A DNA stretch of 64,000 bases, from the NCBI RefSeq assembly GCF_006345805.1, contig NC_043015.1, forward strand, positions 46,004,001 through 46,068,000, given 5' to 3'. This DNA comes from Octopus sinensis (lineage: Eukaryota). The position numbers and the translations under genes are program-made. This document shows positions 24,240 through 38,816 of the stretch, piece by piece; the stretch's first letter is position 1; each line of letters begins with the position of its first letter. The notes beneath the pieces are model-generated. The model was not told the origin of the DNA and made no database searches. It worked only from the letters and a program-made list of their open reading frames with translations.

Positions 24240-26727
24240 TTATATAAATTCTGATTTGTGGCTTTGGTTTTATTTTTAAGTGTTTCTTTGTATTAGCTAT
24301 ATTAGTATATAATCTGGTTCGTTACAATTTGAATCTTCTCTCTAATTACTTTGCATACACAAAAAAAAAATGAAAAAGTAACTTGCAAAATATTTCTGAG
24401 ATACAACTTCAGGAAAACGGAAATCCTATAGATTAATAACGGTTAACTGTTGACTGAAGTTTGTACAAAACATCAGCCGACAGTTTGGCACACAAAAACA
24501 GCATGTATAGATTCTAGTACTATTAGTAATATTAGCAGTCTGTTACTTATATATATATATATTTTCTTTTATTATTTCTACTTTTAGTTTCTATTAACGC
24601 ACCTTCGTATTATTACTACTATTACTACTACTGCTGTTATTTTTTTATTATTACTACTACTACTACTGCCTGAAAATATATTTGAAGATGATTGCTGCAA
24701 ACCAAATTCCTTGTATCCCTGCTCTCCTGCAAGCGACAATGTCTGGAAATCCTATTCCTATAACTACTACTACTGCTGCTGCTTCTTTCCCCCCCATTTA
24801 ATTCCTTTGCAGTTAACTGGTGGACTAGGACACGGAATCTCCTGCCCTCTGCCCAACCCATTACACCACACACACACACACACATACTCTCTCAGAACTT
24901 ACTGATCTGTGAATCATGTCGTAAATTTTTTTTCTTCTTCTCTAAGAGCTTACTTACGAAAAACGGCAAAAAAAAAATTGGAATGAAGGATCTGAAACTT
25001 AATTTGTTTTATTAATTTATACCTAACAAACCAACTCCAAACACCCCTTTATTTTTTTGTTTTCTCTTTCCTAATCCCTTTGCCATTTAATCCTCAAGTC
25101 TCACTCACATACTACCTTGACAGGATTATCCTGTAGCTGCCTCCATTTCCAAGACATGTCTCTTGCCAATGACTCTTGTGATGTATTTTTTCCAAAGCAG
25201 GTGACTTACAGACACATTACTAAACGATTGCTCAATTCTTTTATTATTTGCTCAAATATGCATCTACCCTACCCCTATTTTCCCCACTTCCACCTGTCTG
25301 CTATTCAGAGTCCAAATTTCAAAAGTTCAGCTCCCTTTTCCCCCCCTGTCTTGTGCCACTAACATACTGGGGGGTCAATCCATGCAAATCATTACTATAC
25401 TTATTCTCCACTCTCTCAAAAATTTAAATCATGTGCCAATTAAAAATCCTTTGCTCAACTGAAGCACCATGGCGTATCATGTAATTTATGTTAACTAATT
25501 ACATCTCTTTGTGAGTTTAAATCATCTCATGAAGTTTAACTTTGCTTTTCATCCACCCTTCTAGAGTTGTTAAAGAAGAACCAGCCAAGTACTGAAGGCA
25601 GAGGGTTGATTCAATATCCCTCTCTTTCTTCCTCTCTTTCTTCCTCTCTCTCTATCTCTCTCTCTCCTTCCTTCCCGTACAAATTTTGAGGCATTGTACC
25701 GACGTAAAATCATTGTACTCAGATGAACAAATTGAAAATCTAAATCGTAACTTTATTTTTAAATCTCTAAAATTTCTTCAGGAAAAAAAGAAAAAAAGAC
25801 TTCCTTTTAAAATACATAAAAAAAAAAATTGGGAAGAGAAAGTTATGCTGTTTTTTGTTGATTTTTGTTGTTTTTTTTAATAAAAAAAAATCATTTTTTT
25901 TTTGAAGAAAAAATATAACGGCAAAATATCAATCAGTATTTTACAACTTAATTGTGCCAACTTTGTATACGGAAAAAAAATATATATATATATATTAATT
26001 GGCAGAAAGCCCTGTGTAAGCATAGCAAGTGTCATGTGATCTCTTATTTCCCCCTCTCATCAAACGTCATATCACTTTGAACTAAATGAAGATAAATTTT
26101 TTCATATAACCTTTCTCTTCACACACACTCAACTCGACTCATATATACACACACAACACACCGACATCTCCCACCTTCCTCAACCTTTCACATCCACAGT
26201 TTTCTCGCACCATACTACCACATGGTTCTTGAAGAATTTTCATCAGCATTTCAAAGGAATGTTTTTGTGCAAATATTTCTCATCCCTTACCACATCGATC
26301 ACTTCTAACACCCAAATGACACTGCCTTTTCGTCTATTTTTGAGTTGGAGCTTTTTTTTTTTTGTTTGTTTGTTTTGTTTCTTCTTGATAAAGTAAAAGA
26401 AAATTAAATAAAAAAAAATTCATTAATAAACATAAAAGGGGGCGGGGGAAAAAAAGCTCAACTTGAAAAACATTGAGTGTGAATGAGCGAGTGTATATGT
26501 GAATGTGTTTGAGTGTGTCAAATCATGGTCTGATTAGCATTTACTGACTTCAATCTAACTAAAGCCGTGTTTTATCCTCTTGGTTTGTGTTTTTCTTTAT
26601 TTATTGTAATATGTTATTGTTATATATATATTTTTTTTTCTTTTCTTAATTTCCTTCACATCACCCAAACTTGAAGATGCTCATACGCACTCATCTCTTC
26701 TTTTCTGAACTAAAGATGTCCATTTTT

Positions 26728-27199
26728 GTCATTAACAGCACCATGGTCAGGAGTGCTTGGTCCATGATCAAAAGATCGGGGGTTTGGTCATTGACAGCAC
26801 CATGGTCAGGAGTGCTTGGTTCATGATCGAAAGATCAGGGGTTTGGTCATTGACAGCACCATGGTCAGGAGTGCTTGGTCCATGATCGAAAGATCAGGGG
26901 TTTGGTCATTGACAGCACCATGGTCAGGAGTGCTTGGTCCATGATCGAAAGATCAGGGGTTTGGTCATTGACAGCACCATGGTCAGGAGTGCTTGGTCCA
27001 TGATCGAAAGATCAGGGGTTTGGTCATTGACAGCACCATGGTCAGGAGTGCTTGGTCCATGATCGAAAGATCAGGGGTTTGGTCATTGACAGCACCATGG
27101 TCAGGAGTGCTTGGCCCATGATCGAAAGATCAGGGGTTTGGTCATTGACAGCACCATGGTCAGGGGTGCTTGGTCCTTGATCAAAAGATTAGGGGTTTG
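26728..27199 (+). repeat. 59-bp x 8 tandem array derived from a tRNA-like SINE head
   Basis: Unit GTCATTGACAGCACCATGGTCAGGAGTGCTTGGTCCATGATCGAAAGATCAGGGGTTTG; the last unit runs into a SINE-like body (..GTATCCTTGAGC..) similar to 21420-21530. Confidence 0.9.
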
Positions 27200-29175
27200 A
27201 TTACTGGATTGAACAGTACATTGTATCCTTGAGCCAAGCTTATTGTTTCGTACTGCTCAAGTGAACTCAGCTATATATGCACCAGCCAGAATCCTGGTGC
27301 ATCCCTCACTCTCCCTCCAGCTCACACATCCTAAATGTTCCACTGGATCAAGGAAGAGGGCCAAAAAGGTGTCTTACGTCTGCTTACAACTTCATAGGCA
27401 TCTTTTACCAAACTGTTGAATGAGCATAATCTCTTCAGAACAATTTAGGATTGCAAATTGGATCGGACATGTAACACTCACATTCACACCTGTAGTAACT
27501 TGAAATATTTTTTAAGAATTGCTAATTAAGAACAGCAAATTATAAGGTAGTTTGCTGACAGTGTGTTAGTAAACTTTGAAGTCTTATACTCAACCATTGG
27601 TCGTTAAACCAGATTTAACCCTTTAGTGTTAAATATCCAGCCAAAATATTCTACCTATTTTATGTCCAAAAGTAGTCAGATATGGTCATTCATAGCTACC
27701 TTATTGTGTCATTTTTAAAATAAACAATCACATCATTGAAATCTCAAAGCCATGAAATGATGCAAGATTAATTTTACATGGTGTGAATATATAAGCTTTA
27801 CATTTGACAGAAGAATCTGAATGCTAAAGGGTTAAAGTGTGGCTGAAGTTACAATCTGAAGTTCAAATGCTGCTACCATTTTGACTAATATATGTACACA
27901 CACACACACACTTATATAATGATTGAGAAAACAGAAGTTATGTAACACCTTCATTAGCTTACAGCTGTTTCGGCTCAAGTTCAAAGATATATATAATATG
28001 GAAAACCTCTACATATACATAAAGTTAGAAACCTTTCATATAATTGCTACATCTAATTTAGGACAATCCCTTTCCTCTCTATCATTCCACTCTGCTATTG
28101 AACCGGCTTAAATTTAAAAAATTATTATTTACACATATATTAGGGCCATTCCCTTTTTGAGATAATTTGCTTGCGGTGTAATTAAGAATTAATTCCAAGT
28201 GTTTAATCAACTATATTCATTTATCAGATTGCATCAGGAGGTTGCTTAATCCATCACACAACGTGTTGGTACTTAATCAGCAATATACCACTGCCAAGTG
28301 GCTTATCTCCATTGTATTTGCTGTCAACAGATAAAGGATTATCGCAGGACGAAATTGGCTCAAATATTTGCAAGATGGAGGAAACGGTAATAACTGGAAA
28401 ATTGGGAGAAGCGGGGCAGCTACTCACACGCATCATCTTGTATTTGAGCATTTCAGTTATAAAAATCAATCAAGTGTTTTTAAAAAAAAAAGAAAATTAT
28501 TGTTGCTTTCCAATGACAGTTAGCCTCTGTACAAGAATCTGATTCCAATAGAACAGAAAAACTTGCAGACCTGTGACAAAATAACGGTAACTGCTCTTCT
28601 ATACACACTCTTCTCAATAACCTCTACAGCTAAACTTCAGCTCTTCATTAAACTTTATTCAAAATTGTAAGGAGTGGCCGTGTGGTAAGTAGCTTGCTAA
28701 CCAACCACATGGTTCTGGGTTCAGTCCCACTGCATGGCACTTTGGGCAAGTGTATTATGCTATAGCCCAGGGCCGACCAATGCCTTGTGAGTGGATTTGG
28801 TAGACGGAAACTGAAAGAAGCCCGTCATATATATGTTGGTGTGTTTATATCCCCGTAACTTAGTGGTTCGGCAAAAGAGACTGATAGAATAAGTCCTGGG
28901 GTTGATTTCCTCGACTAAAGACGGTGCTCCAGCATGGTCACAGTCAAATGACTGAAACAAATAAATGAATAAAAAACATAAAATTTGCATTATGCTAAGT
29001 TTTCCAGGCTGAGGACAGTGGAACCTGCCACCCATTACATAGCAAGCAAGTTTGCATTCTGTTACCTGCATTTTCACCTGCTTTTGATGACCTGTATCTT
29101 CAGCTCTCAAGCAGCTCCACTTGGCTACAGGTTGCTTGTCATCACAGATAGTTCCAACATCAACATAGACTTGAC

Positions 29176-29638
29176 TTAACCCCTTCGTTACCAAACCTGG
29201 CTGGAAACCGGCTCTGGCTCTGTAGTACAAATGTCTTGTCAAAAGTTCTGAATTAAAATTTTCCACCAAGCCTTAGTCACAATTTATGTTCCTAACACCA
29301 GCTAAATGATAACCAAGTTATTTTACTAAATTCTTTGTTATATTTAAAGTAATTGAAAGAAATACAGAGCATCTCAACAGAAATATGGTAACAAAATGGT
29401 TAAAACAATTCTTAACCCTTTCGATTCCAACCCGGCTGAAACCACCTCTGGCTCTAGTACAAATGTCTTGTCTTCAAAAGTTCTGAATTAAAATTTTCCA
29501 TCAAACCTTTGTCACAATTCATGTTCCTAACACCAGCTGAATGATAACTAAGTTAGTTTTACTAAATTCTTTGTTATATTTAAAGTAATTCAAAGAAATA
29601 CAGAGTACCTCAAAATAAATACAGTAACAAAAGGGTAA
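29176..29638. mobile_element. two adjacent piggyBac-like MITEs (a further copy at 62306-62535)
   Basis: TTAA-CCCTT...AAGGG/TGG-TTAA termini; shared ~225-bp interior. Confidence 0.75.
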
Positions 29639-30180
29639 CTTAGTATTTTAAAGCATTGACAAAAATTATATGACAATGATGTATAAGAAAAATTATAGAC
29701 TAACCAGGTTTGTGGTCTTATTTTTCGTTTCAGTATTTCAAGTATATCATGATGTTTTCATACAAATCTTTTGTCAAATTTACCCCCAAAACGCCGAAGG
29801 TTTTGTAAAGACGCCTTGAATAATGACAGTCCTTGGTATTGGCGTAAATCCTTAAGTTACTGGGATTTTAATAATTAGAAGTTTGACATGCCTTGTGTTA
29901 ATGACATTAGGGAACTTGAATGCTACAACAACTATAGCAATCTAAAAGATGAGATGTTTAGTGAATTTCTGGAGCTTAATATTCCCGTTTATAAGAGAGA
30001 TACTGTGATGGTCCCATAGATTAAGATATAGGAAGCCTTTACGAGAGAAAACTTTGGGTGGCTTTATTCGTAATCAAAATAGATGAGAACTCTTAAGTTA
30101 CATGTGCCTGATGCTTTCCAAATGGCATCATTGATTTATGGCTAACAGTCATTTTAATCCACAAAAATTCCTCTGAATTT

Positions 30181-30552
30181 GGATCTTTTTGGTTTGAATG
30201 GTAGTTTTTCTAGTGGTGTCATATGAAATTGTCACCCATAATTATGACCCTAGTATCGATCTATTGCATTTCAATCTGTTTTAGGGTTAGGGGAAAGGGT
30301 ATCTTTTTTCTTCAGAAATGTAAATAAACCCAATCTGTTTCTTAAACGAGGGACATATTCATACGGCACAGAATGTTTTCACCTCAATAGACGTCATAGA
30401 TTGGTTGAAATTGAAGAAAAAAAAACAAATATCTTACAAACTTATAGAATTTTCTCAATAAAGCCAAGAGAAAAAGATGTTTTACGAAGTTTAAAAGTGT
30501 TTAGTTACGTGGAAATTATTTTTAAAAACTGCCGTTCAAACCGAAAAGATCC
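30181..30552. mobile_element. Mutator-like MITE, same family as 38817-39233
   Basis: Same TIRs and near-identical interior including TTAGGGTTAGGG; no clear target duplication. Confidence 0.8.
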
Positions 30553-31312
30553 CAAGGATGTCCATAAATTACCTTTACAAATTAAAGGGTGGAAGTTATA
30601 AAGATAATTTATTATGGACACTATTATCTTCGAAGATGTATCTGTCATTTTACTGCGTTGACATTCGATAAAACTATTTCAGTTGCCAATGAATGAGTGA
30701 AACAAGATTTGTACACTGATTGCAAAGTTACTTTCCGAAGTGGAGGTGTTCACCATTGTTTGAAACAGAAAATGCAAGAAATCGATTTTATGAAGAAGAA
30801 TCGGATTTTGTGCTCATGTTGGCGATAAACCATGAAATTGGTTATAAGCTACACCTTACAGCCTTTTTTAAGGAAGACAGTAGATGACTAAGGTGATAGA
30901 CGTTTGTATCTCATCGCCGCTATAAGCCACGAGAAAGCATTTTAACATCTGTAAATTTGAAAAGGAATCCGAGAAATTGCCAAAATTATGATGGTCTAAA
31001 AATTTTAACTTTTATCCACCACTATGGCAAGGAAAGAAGAATTATATAGATACAAATTATTGTTTTCTCGTTAATAAACAGACTCCCATTAATATTTTTT
31101 GGGTTCGGAGCTGATATTAGTCAGTTTGAGAACCACTGGTCTATACAACATTTTACTTTATTTAAGATAATACACAGAAGAAGATATATATGGCTGCTAT
31201 ATCTAGCCGTTTCAGCGACCACTAGAGGATCACCCACCCACCCGTGTCTCTCAAATTACTGTTGCTCAGGTGTAGGACATTCTTAAATAAACACTTTTTG
31301 TGACGGTATTAC

Positions 31313-31554
31313 CTGATAAAATATATTGTTAAAAATGTTTTTAAATAGATATTTGGAGGAATTTTGTAGAAAATGATTTCGTCACAGTTAAGTTCGTCTG
31401 ATATTTGTTTGGGAGCTAACAATTCATCAGTTAAAAACTTTACTGCGTTGGGAAGTTTCATATTAGACAGAACCAAAGAAGCTCGTATCCAGGTGGAAAG
31501 TATTAATTTCATCCCCTTAATAGTTACACAATCAAGAGTCGGGTACTACTATAC
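31313..31554 (-). other. candidate exon of an unidentified minus-strand transcript (contains ATG ORF MKLILSTW...YFIR)
   Basis: GCTTTTAG acceptor and CAG|GTAATA donor around unique sequence; no protein family recognised. Confidence 0.3.
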
Positions 31555-33320
31555 CTAAAAGCATTTTCTTATTTTAGCTACGTTTGACGGAGTTTTGGGG
31601 AATGGTTATCACTACCTCATGGGGAAAGAACTAATTGGTGCGGAGGCTTTTTTTTTCTTGTTTTATAGTACTCCTCTGTTCCATACGATGATTCTGAAAG
31701 AACGATTTTTTCCTTCTTCGCATTTCTTCCCTCACTCCTTCCTATCTAATGCCGTGTTTTTTTTTTACCTTTTCCCCCGTGAGGTACTGATAGCTTTTCC
31801 AAAACTCCGCCCTATATTTTTTTTTTACAAGAAAAAACCCTCTGCGAACACCTGAAGGCGAAACTCCTACTTTGTCAAGGCCACGATAACTACACAACAG
31901 TATAACCAAGCTTTGTTGCTGCTGGATAAAGTAAGGAAGAAAAGAGAGAGGAGTAAACAAGCACCTTGCTAACTTTCAAACTGTTTAAATAAGAACAAAT
32001 TCAGTTAAAACAAACTTAATGCAATTATGCTACGTTAGGTGATATCAGATACATATAAAAGATTTTTTTTTTTAAATACAAATAAACCCAATTGCATTAA
32101 GCAGTAAATCTAAAGGAAAACTATAATAAAAGTAGTGATTTATTTAGACAAAAACTTTTTAATTATTCCGAGTCTCCATTTTATATTTTTCTTAACTCCC
32201 GGCAATCTTCGGTATTTTTCGGCATTTGTCAATTTTTGTTTTCTTTAACATTTTCGTTTTTGGTTACTTATTTTCTGCAATCAATAAGATTATGTATGCC
32301 TAAGTTAGAGAAAGAACTTTATTTTAGAACGTAATCAATTTAATCAACGTCGTACTTTTTTGAACACGTTCAAAGTTACGATGAGTAAAAAAAATTTTAA
32401 AAAAAAAACTTTTTTCGAAAAATAAAAACTTGCTATGGAATAATTGCAGAGTAGTCTCCCTTCTCCGAAACTTTTATTTATTTATTTATTATTTTTTTCT
32501 TTCACCCTCCAAGTTAATAAGATCTGTGTATAAGATTTTAGTTTTGTGACGACTGCTGATATTTATTGCCATATCTTCGTTTCGAAGCAAAGATAGAAGA
32601 GAAAAAAAAATGTGGACATATCACATATCGTGGCAGAATTACAAGTTACAGGAAAACTTAGAAATTAATTTATTTGCCACTAATATAGCATAATGGGTAC
32701 TGAACTTGTTACTTTTGAATACTCTCTAGACACGAACTAATTATGCAGGGAGTATAAATATAACGTTAGATTAATACTTATTATTAACTAACATAAGAAG
32801 GAGAATGCAAACTTAAGTCGTTTCTAGACATTCTAAAGCTAGCGTCACGTGACGTTATATTAAAGCAGAAAGCAAAGCGAAATTTATATTGAATCTCGCA
32901 AAAATAGCGAAGTCTTTTTTAATGTTTTTTTTCTATCAATACGAAACATCAAACTGTAATTAAAAAAAAAACTTTCCCACTTGAACACTCACATATAAAT
33001 ATATATATATTTATGTGTGTGTATTTTTATATTTACACATATACACGTGATGTTGACAAATTACCTCCCCTTTTGTTTCAGAATTACTAACAATTGCCGC
33101 AAGGTTTACACTTTCTTTCTCCAACTAAGAGGCAAATTTCAAATTCATTTAGGATTTCTATGTGTCATCTTGTACATTGTCATATATATATTTATATATA
33201 TATATATAAATTTAGATTTAGATGAATATGGTACTTAAGTTAAAGGCACCAGAATTATTGTATGGTATTATCCATATAAATCAAATGGGGTGATTATAAT
33301 CAAAATAAACAAGGATATCC

Positions 33321-33366
<46 letters not shown>

Positions 33367-34683
33367 GTATGTGTATGTATATATAAACAAGAATGAATTT
33401 GGGAAAATAACTCAGAGAACAGGTTAGTACTTGAAGAACCTTTACTACCCACAAGGGGCTAAACACAGAGCGGGCAGACAGAGGGATTAAGTCGATTACA
33501 TCGACCCCAGTGCGTAACTGGTGCTTATTTAATCGACCCCGAAAGGATGAGAGGCAAAGACGACCTCGGCGGAATTTAAACTCAGAACGTAACGGCAGAC
33601 GAAAATAGTGGTATATCAAATACCATGAAACAGAATTTTGGTGTAGTGAAGTCATCTCGGAGCTAGAGGACATGTTCCAATTACTAAATGGTAAATTGTG
33701 AGATGAACTCTATATGAGAAGATAATAATTTATTAGGCAAAAATTCTTTAAATTTGACCTGTCATTAAGATAAATGAACAAGCTTATTGTCTGGAGATAA
33801 GAGGACAATCGTGGAAACATATTACTAACTTAACGGCCGTCAGCAACATGACTTGGACTTACACAAAAAGAATAGAATAAATTTAAGGCCTAATTAATTT
33901 TATTCGTATCAGTCATTTCACTAAAGCACTGCCTTGAAGGAAGGGTTTTAATCGAACAAATCGACCCTAGTACTTATTCTATCGGTTTCTTTTTGTGGAA
34001 ACGCTAAGTTACGGGGACATAAACGCACCAGCATCGAGGACAGACACAAACACACACATACAACAGGCTTCTTTCAGTTTCCGTCTCCCAAATCCTCTCA
34101 AGTCTTTGGTCAGCCCGAGGCTACTATAGTAGAAGACACTGGCCCAAGGTGCGATTGGGAAGCAAGTTCCTTACCACACAGCCACGCCTGAACAAAAATG
34201 ATCTGAGAAAAAACTCAAAGCGGCCAGGGTCACCCCTATCTCAGGTCAGCCCTGGTCGTGCAGACTATGATTTAAAATGTTCCAGTAGTGACCACCTTAG
34301 TTTTCTGTGTGCAGTATATTTAGGATTGTTTTCAAATGTAACTATTTTTAAGACGGCAGAGATCATTATTTAGCTTGTCCAACGGTTCTTAGTCTCAGCA
34401 GGAGCACTTCTTTACTGATGGCAGCTCAGGAGAGGGCGCTGTATATTTAGGAGGCTTTTACTCTTTTACTTGTTTCAGTAATTTGACTGTGGCCATGCTG
34501 GAGCACCGCCTTTAGTCGAGCAAATCGACCCCGGGACTTATTCTTTGTAAGCCCAGTACTTATTCTATCGGTCTCTTTTGCTGAACCGGTAAGTGACGGG
34601 GACGTAAACACACCAGCATCGGTTGTCAAGCGATGTTGGAGGACAAACACAGACACACAAACACGTATACATATATATATTAT

Positions 34684-34729
<46 letters not shown>

Positions 34730-34808
34730 CATATATATATATATATATACATATACATACATATACATATATATATATATATATATATACATACATATAC
34801 ATATTTAT

Positions 34809-34862
<54 letters not shown>

Positions 34863-35474
34863 ATACGACGAGCTTCTTTCAGTTTCCGTCTACCAAATCC
34901 ACTCACAAGGCTTTGGTTGGCCCGAGGCTATAGTAGAAGACACTTGGCCAAGGTTCCACGCAGTGGGACTGAACCTAGAACCACGTAGTTCGTAACACAC
35001 TATACTCTAAACACCATTATATGCACCACTACATTTTTATTACAGTAAACAACATAATTACATACTCTATTACATATTTTGGCATGTTGACAACTCTGAG
35101 GATCTTCGTCGTCTATCCTTACAATTTACAAGGACAGACTAAAGGAATAAAATTAAAACGGTTGGTTTATTGCTCAAAACATTTACACGAAAAATTCTCA
35201 GAACCTGGTTTTTGGTGATGCGACTGTATTGTAAGTAAATCTTATCACATTACAAAAATAGAAGGAAAAAAAAGGAAAACGACGCATAGAAATGACGACG
35301 AAGGCCTCGAGATTGTCATACGTAAGTATTTCATTTATCTCTGTTGCATAGTTATTTATTTATAAACATTAATAGAGCAAGTAATATAATATGTTTTCAA
35401 GTTATCTGAAGTTCTCTACCGTTACACCATAAATAAAACCGCCTCTTCCATCGAGAGGGTGAGGGAGAAGGAGG

Positions 35475-35980
35475 GGTAGGTAGGTAGGTAGATAGATAGA
35501 TAGACAGACAATCAGAGATAGAGAAAGAAAGAGATATATTGAGAGAGATAGATAGATAGACAGATAAAGAAATATATATTGAGAGAGATAGATAGATAAA
35601 TAGATAGATAGACAGACAGAGATAGAGAAAGAGATATATTGATAGATAGATAAATAAATAGATAGATAGATAGACAGACAGACAATCAGAGATAGAGAAA
35701 GAAAGATATATTGAGATAGGTAGATAGATAGATAGACAGAGAAAGTAAGAGATATATATTGAGAGATAGATAGATAGACAGAAAGAAAGATATATTGAGA
35801 GAGGTAGATAGATAGACAGAGAAAGAAAGATATATATTGAGAGATAGATAGATAGACAGAAAGAAAGAGATATATTGAGAGATAGATAGATAGACAGAAA
35901 GAAAGAGATATATTGAGAGATAGATAGATAGACAGAAAGAAAGAGATATATTGAGAGATAGAGACGTAGATAGATAGATT
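35475..35980. repeat. compound (GATA)/(GACA)/(GA) microsatellite with higher-order units
   Basis: Direct inspection. Confidence 0.95.
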
Positions 35981-36156
35981 TAGAGCGCGTGTAATTTCTA
36001 TTGAGGAGTTATGTAGACTCAAAATCCCGATCGCCAACTCTCTTCTCAGCGTCAATTTGTTCTTTTAAGTACAATAGAAATTTACAAGGTAAGGCGACAT
36101 TCAAGGGCAAGACCAGCTTACCAAAGCAACACCTACGGACCATTTTTATTTAGATA

Positions 36157-36673
36157 CTAGCAGTATCGCCCGGCGTTGCTCGGGTTTGTAAGGGAAATAA
36201 CTATATAAGCATTTTTAGAGACTTACTTCCCTTATAGATGCCAATTCGGGCTTTCTTAGCCATTTCTGTTTTGGTGTCTTCAAGCCATGAAGTCGTTGTT
36301 CTAAAAGAACGCTGGTCTCCTTGACAACGCTTTACGACGTTGATTTCCTTACACTCCCTTCCCCACAGCTTCACGAGGGAGGGAAGAAGGGGGAGAAGCA
36401 AACACAGGTGCAGGTGTTTGATCGTGGACGCCAACTCCACCGCCATCGACACACGAAAAATTATGCATTAAAATGGAATAAAAAATGATGTTAAATTATT
36501 TTTAAAATCGTAGACTCATCGTAGACGCGTGCTAATACTCAGACGGGCTCGATATGAATCACGACTATAAGATACCCGAATTTGGTTAAACTGCACCGCA
36601 AAATGTGGGAGGAGTTAGGAATCTAAATCGAAGGGGACAGACACTCACACAACTACAGTTTTATATATATAGA
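36157..36673 (-). mobile_element. non-autonomous Helitron
   Basis: On the minus strand A|TC..., subterminal hairpin CCCG-AGCAACGC-CGGG, terminal CTAG|T. Confidence 0.8.
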
Positions 36674-37952
36674 TTTGTGGAAAAATTCCAAACCCGCGCC
36701 AATGTCATTGACTAATTAAAGAGATAAAACCTTATTGGTCCCATCGGTAGCAATTATTTTCGACAGGCTTTCGAAGCAACTTTTAAACTTGAAGCCGAAT
36801 GCGTAAATGTTTTTGTAAAACCTGATCGTTCACCATAGCGATGTTGCTTCCGAATTGAGATGGTTTGTTGGCATAGAAACACAGAGAGGAATTAGATCCG
36901 ACTTCTGCTGCTGTTACGTCTTTTCTTGATAATTCCTCTCCGCAACGAAAGATGAGTAGCGAAGACAAAAAAACAACGAGAGGCTATAAAATTAAGGATA
37001 TTTCTTATGTGTAAAATTAGAGGGATGTTGTTATTGAGTTTATTTCGTCTGTGAGCCCTTTTAACTCGCGATGGGGTAACAGGAGTGTCGTTGTTCGGTA
37101 TTTTCATTTTGGTGGAACCCATGTCTTTCTTAAGCCTGAGTACAGCCGATTTCTTTGAGAGAGAAGGAGAGACCAACAAAAATCGGCACTACTTAAATAC
37201 AGAGGTCCCGTTTACAGTGCACACTCGTTAGGGTTAGTTTTAGGTTTAAAGTAAGGGTTACGTAGATGCGTAGGGGCCTCTGAATTTAAGTTTGTTCCTT
37301 CTCGAGCCATGCCTGGCTCATAAGGGCCGGTTTCCCGGTTTCTTTGGCGTATAGGTTCCCCACCTAGACGGGACGTCGGTCCGTCGCAGGAGGAAAGAGT
37401 GAGAGAAAGTAGTGGCGAAAGAGTCAGCAGAAGTTCGCCATTATCTTCTGCCGGAGCCGCGTGGAGCTTAGGTGTTTCGTTCATAAACGCACACATCGCC
37501 CGATCTGAGATTCGAACCCGCGAGTCCGCTGCTCTAACCATTAGGCCATGTGCCTCCACTCTATTTAAGTAGTTCCTAAAAATCGATCCCTGTTCTGGGC
37601 ATTTTATTTATCAACTTCCAAAAGAAAAAGTAGAACTAGGCGGGATTTGAACTCAAAACGCAAGAAGGATTACAGCAAAGATTTTACCCAACGGTCTAAT
37701 GAAAATGCGAGTCTCTGCAGTTTCTCAAATTCAGTTTAACTGGTCAAAATATACTCTTATGTGTTTCATATCGTGTCACTAGCATAACCCAATAAAGATA
37801 ATTAACATTACCCAACCGAATCCATGTGGCAGTAAAAGGTTGACAGAATGGGATTTGAAAAGAGCCTCGTTGGCACATACTAACAAAGCTTTTGGTCTTT
37901 GACGAAGTTGGGGAGAACGTGTGATTCTCGATTCCAGACAGATGTGCGCTGC

Positions 37953-38263
37953 GGATCTTTTCGGTTTGACCGGCAGATTTTTTTAATAATTTCTTTGTAA
38001 CTAAACACTTTTAAACTTCGTATACTTGTAGAATGTGTTTATAAAACATCTTTTTCTCTTGGTTTTCTTGAGAAAATTCTGTAGTTTGTAAGCTATTTCC
38101 TCTTTAATTTCTTAATTTTCGGCAATTTCAACCAATCAATGACGTCTATTGAGGTGAAAAACAATATCTTTTATAAACACATTCTACCAGTATACGAAGT
38201 TTAAAAGTGTTTAGATACAAAGAAATTATTTTTAAAAATCTGCCGGTCAAAGTGAAAAGATCC
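37953..38263. mobile_element. Mutator-like MITE
   Basis: TIRs GGATCTTTTCGGTTTGA / TCAAAGTGAAAAGATCC; 9-bp target duplication GTGCGCTGC on both sides. Confidence 0.85.
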
Positions 38264-38816
38264 GTGCGCTGCTTTTCAGTAACCTATTTCTTTATTACCC
38301 ACAAGGGGCTAAACACAGAGGGGACAAACAAGGACAGACATAGGTATTAAGTCGATTACATCGACCCCAGTGCGTAACTGGTACTTAATTTATCAACCCC
38401 GAAAGGATGAAAGGCAAAGCCGATTCAGTAACCTTCTGCTCAACTGTTTGAAGCGAATGGTGGACCAGGAGATGGATTCACTACTCTCAGACGGATATGA
38501 GGAATGCTGCGAAAAAGGCTGATAATAGCGGCTGAGATACAAGTATCTTGTGAGTCGCTGTTCGAAAGGCAGAACGCCTGGTCTAGATTATCTGCCATAC
38601 GAGCTTCACGCTTCCTTGCTAGACGTATTCGATGACTGGCAAAGTGTCTGCTTCAACCGACAGCAAAACAAGAATTCCTAGATCCGTGAACTAAAGAGTG
38701 GTAGAATTGCGGCGAGAGAAGGCAGGCTTTTCCATTTCTATTTTGTTGTGGAACGATTTTCCAAGGATCGCAGAACTCATAATTATATTTTACAGATAAG
38801 ATATTAAATAAAATAT

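Noticed and set aside
1-26000. Overall enrichment of ACTAAY across the QKI locus
   Set aside because: The roughly one site per kb that I counted is about what this AT content predicts; only positioned or paired sites are reported.
26728-27199. CRISPR-like or hammerhead array interpretation of the 59-bp repeat
   Set aside because: No unique spacers, eukaryotic context, and no CUGAnGA core on either strand.
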